From a virus, in IMG/VR virus record IMGVR_UViG_3300005253_000361, positions 53,124 to 117,123 of that record: 64,000 nt of DNA; one strand, 5' to 3'. The notes under the pieces are model-generated. The model did not search any database. It saw nothing but the letters and a program-made list of their open reading frames with translations, and had not been told where the DNA came from. A program made the position numbers and the translations under genes. Positions 63,972 to 64,000 of the stretch are shown here, piece by piece. Position 1 is the stretch's first letter. Each line of letters starts with the position of its first letter.

Positions 63972-64000
63972 CTGTCTCTTATACACATCTCCGAGCCCAC
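63972..64000 (+). other. Nextera/Tn5 adapter read-through (library artefact)
   Basis: CTGTCTCTTATACACATCTCCGAGCCCAC is the Nextera adapter sequence. Confidence 0.98.

Noticed and set aside
63972-64000. Tn5 mosaic end suggesting a transposon
   Set aside because: Continues into CCGAGCCCAC, i.e. Nextera adapter; no transposase present.
1-64000. Host assignment
   Set aside because: High GC and GGAGG RBSs fit many phyla; nothing in the sequence fixes the host.

Overview
This window is about 64 kb of a GC-rich, long-tailed (siphovirus-like) bacteriophage or prophage contig; no host housekeeping genes are visible. Minus strand, 1-46.7 kb: a virion module (partial tail tip protein, 1719-aa tape measure, tail chaperone with a -1 frameshift, tail tube, head-tail proteins, major capsid, scaffold, HK97 protease, intein-containing portal, TerL/TerS) with an 807-aa triple-GT2 plus TPR glycosyltransferase inserted among the head-tail genes. 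Further right on the same strand are RmlC/RmlB, a lytic transglycosylase, a T4/SPO1-like replication-recombination set (RecA, gp32-like SSB, UvsY-like, UDG-PolA, primase, DnaB, UvsW-like, SbcCD), an RlmN/Cfr-like radical SAM enzyme, a PP-loop protein, an NDT, a tyrosine integrase and an excisionase. Plus strand, 47-63.1 kb: a dense array of small translationally coupled genes, including a second GT2, a YiiX-like amidase, ASCH, SLOG, HNHs, a methyltransferase, an RNA ligase, a MazG-like protein and tRNA-Ile(GAT). A repeat-rich non-coding end follows, closed by a Nextera adapter artefact. Main leads: (1) a putative virion-glycosylation system; (2) accessory genes repeatedly bracketed by exact 20-26 bp duplications of gene junctions; (3) a genome-wide start-associated motif CGACTGAGGGGAAGGAG with a covarying hairpin form; (4) an RlmN-like enzyme lacking the resolving Cys. 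All product calls come from reading motifs by eye; no database searches were run.
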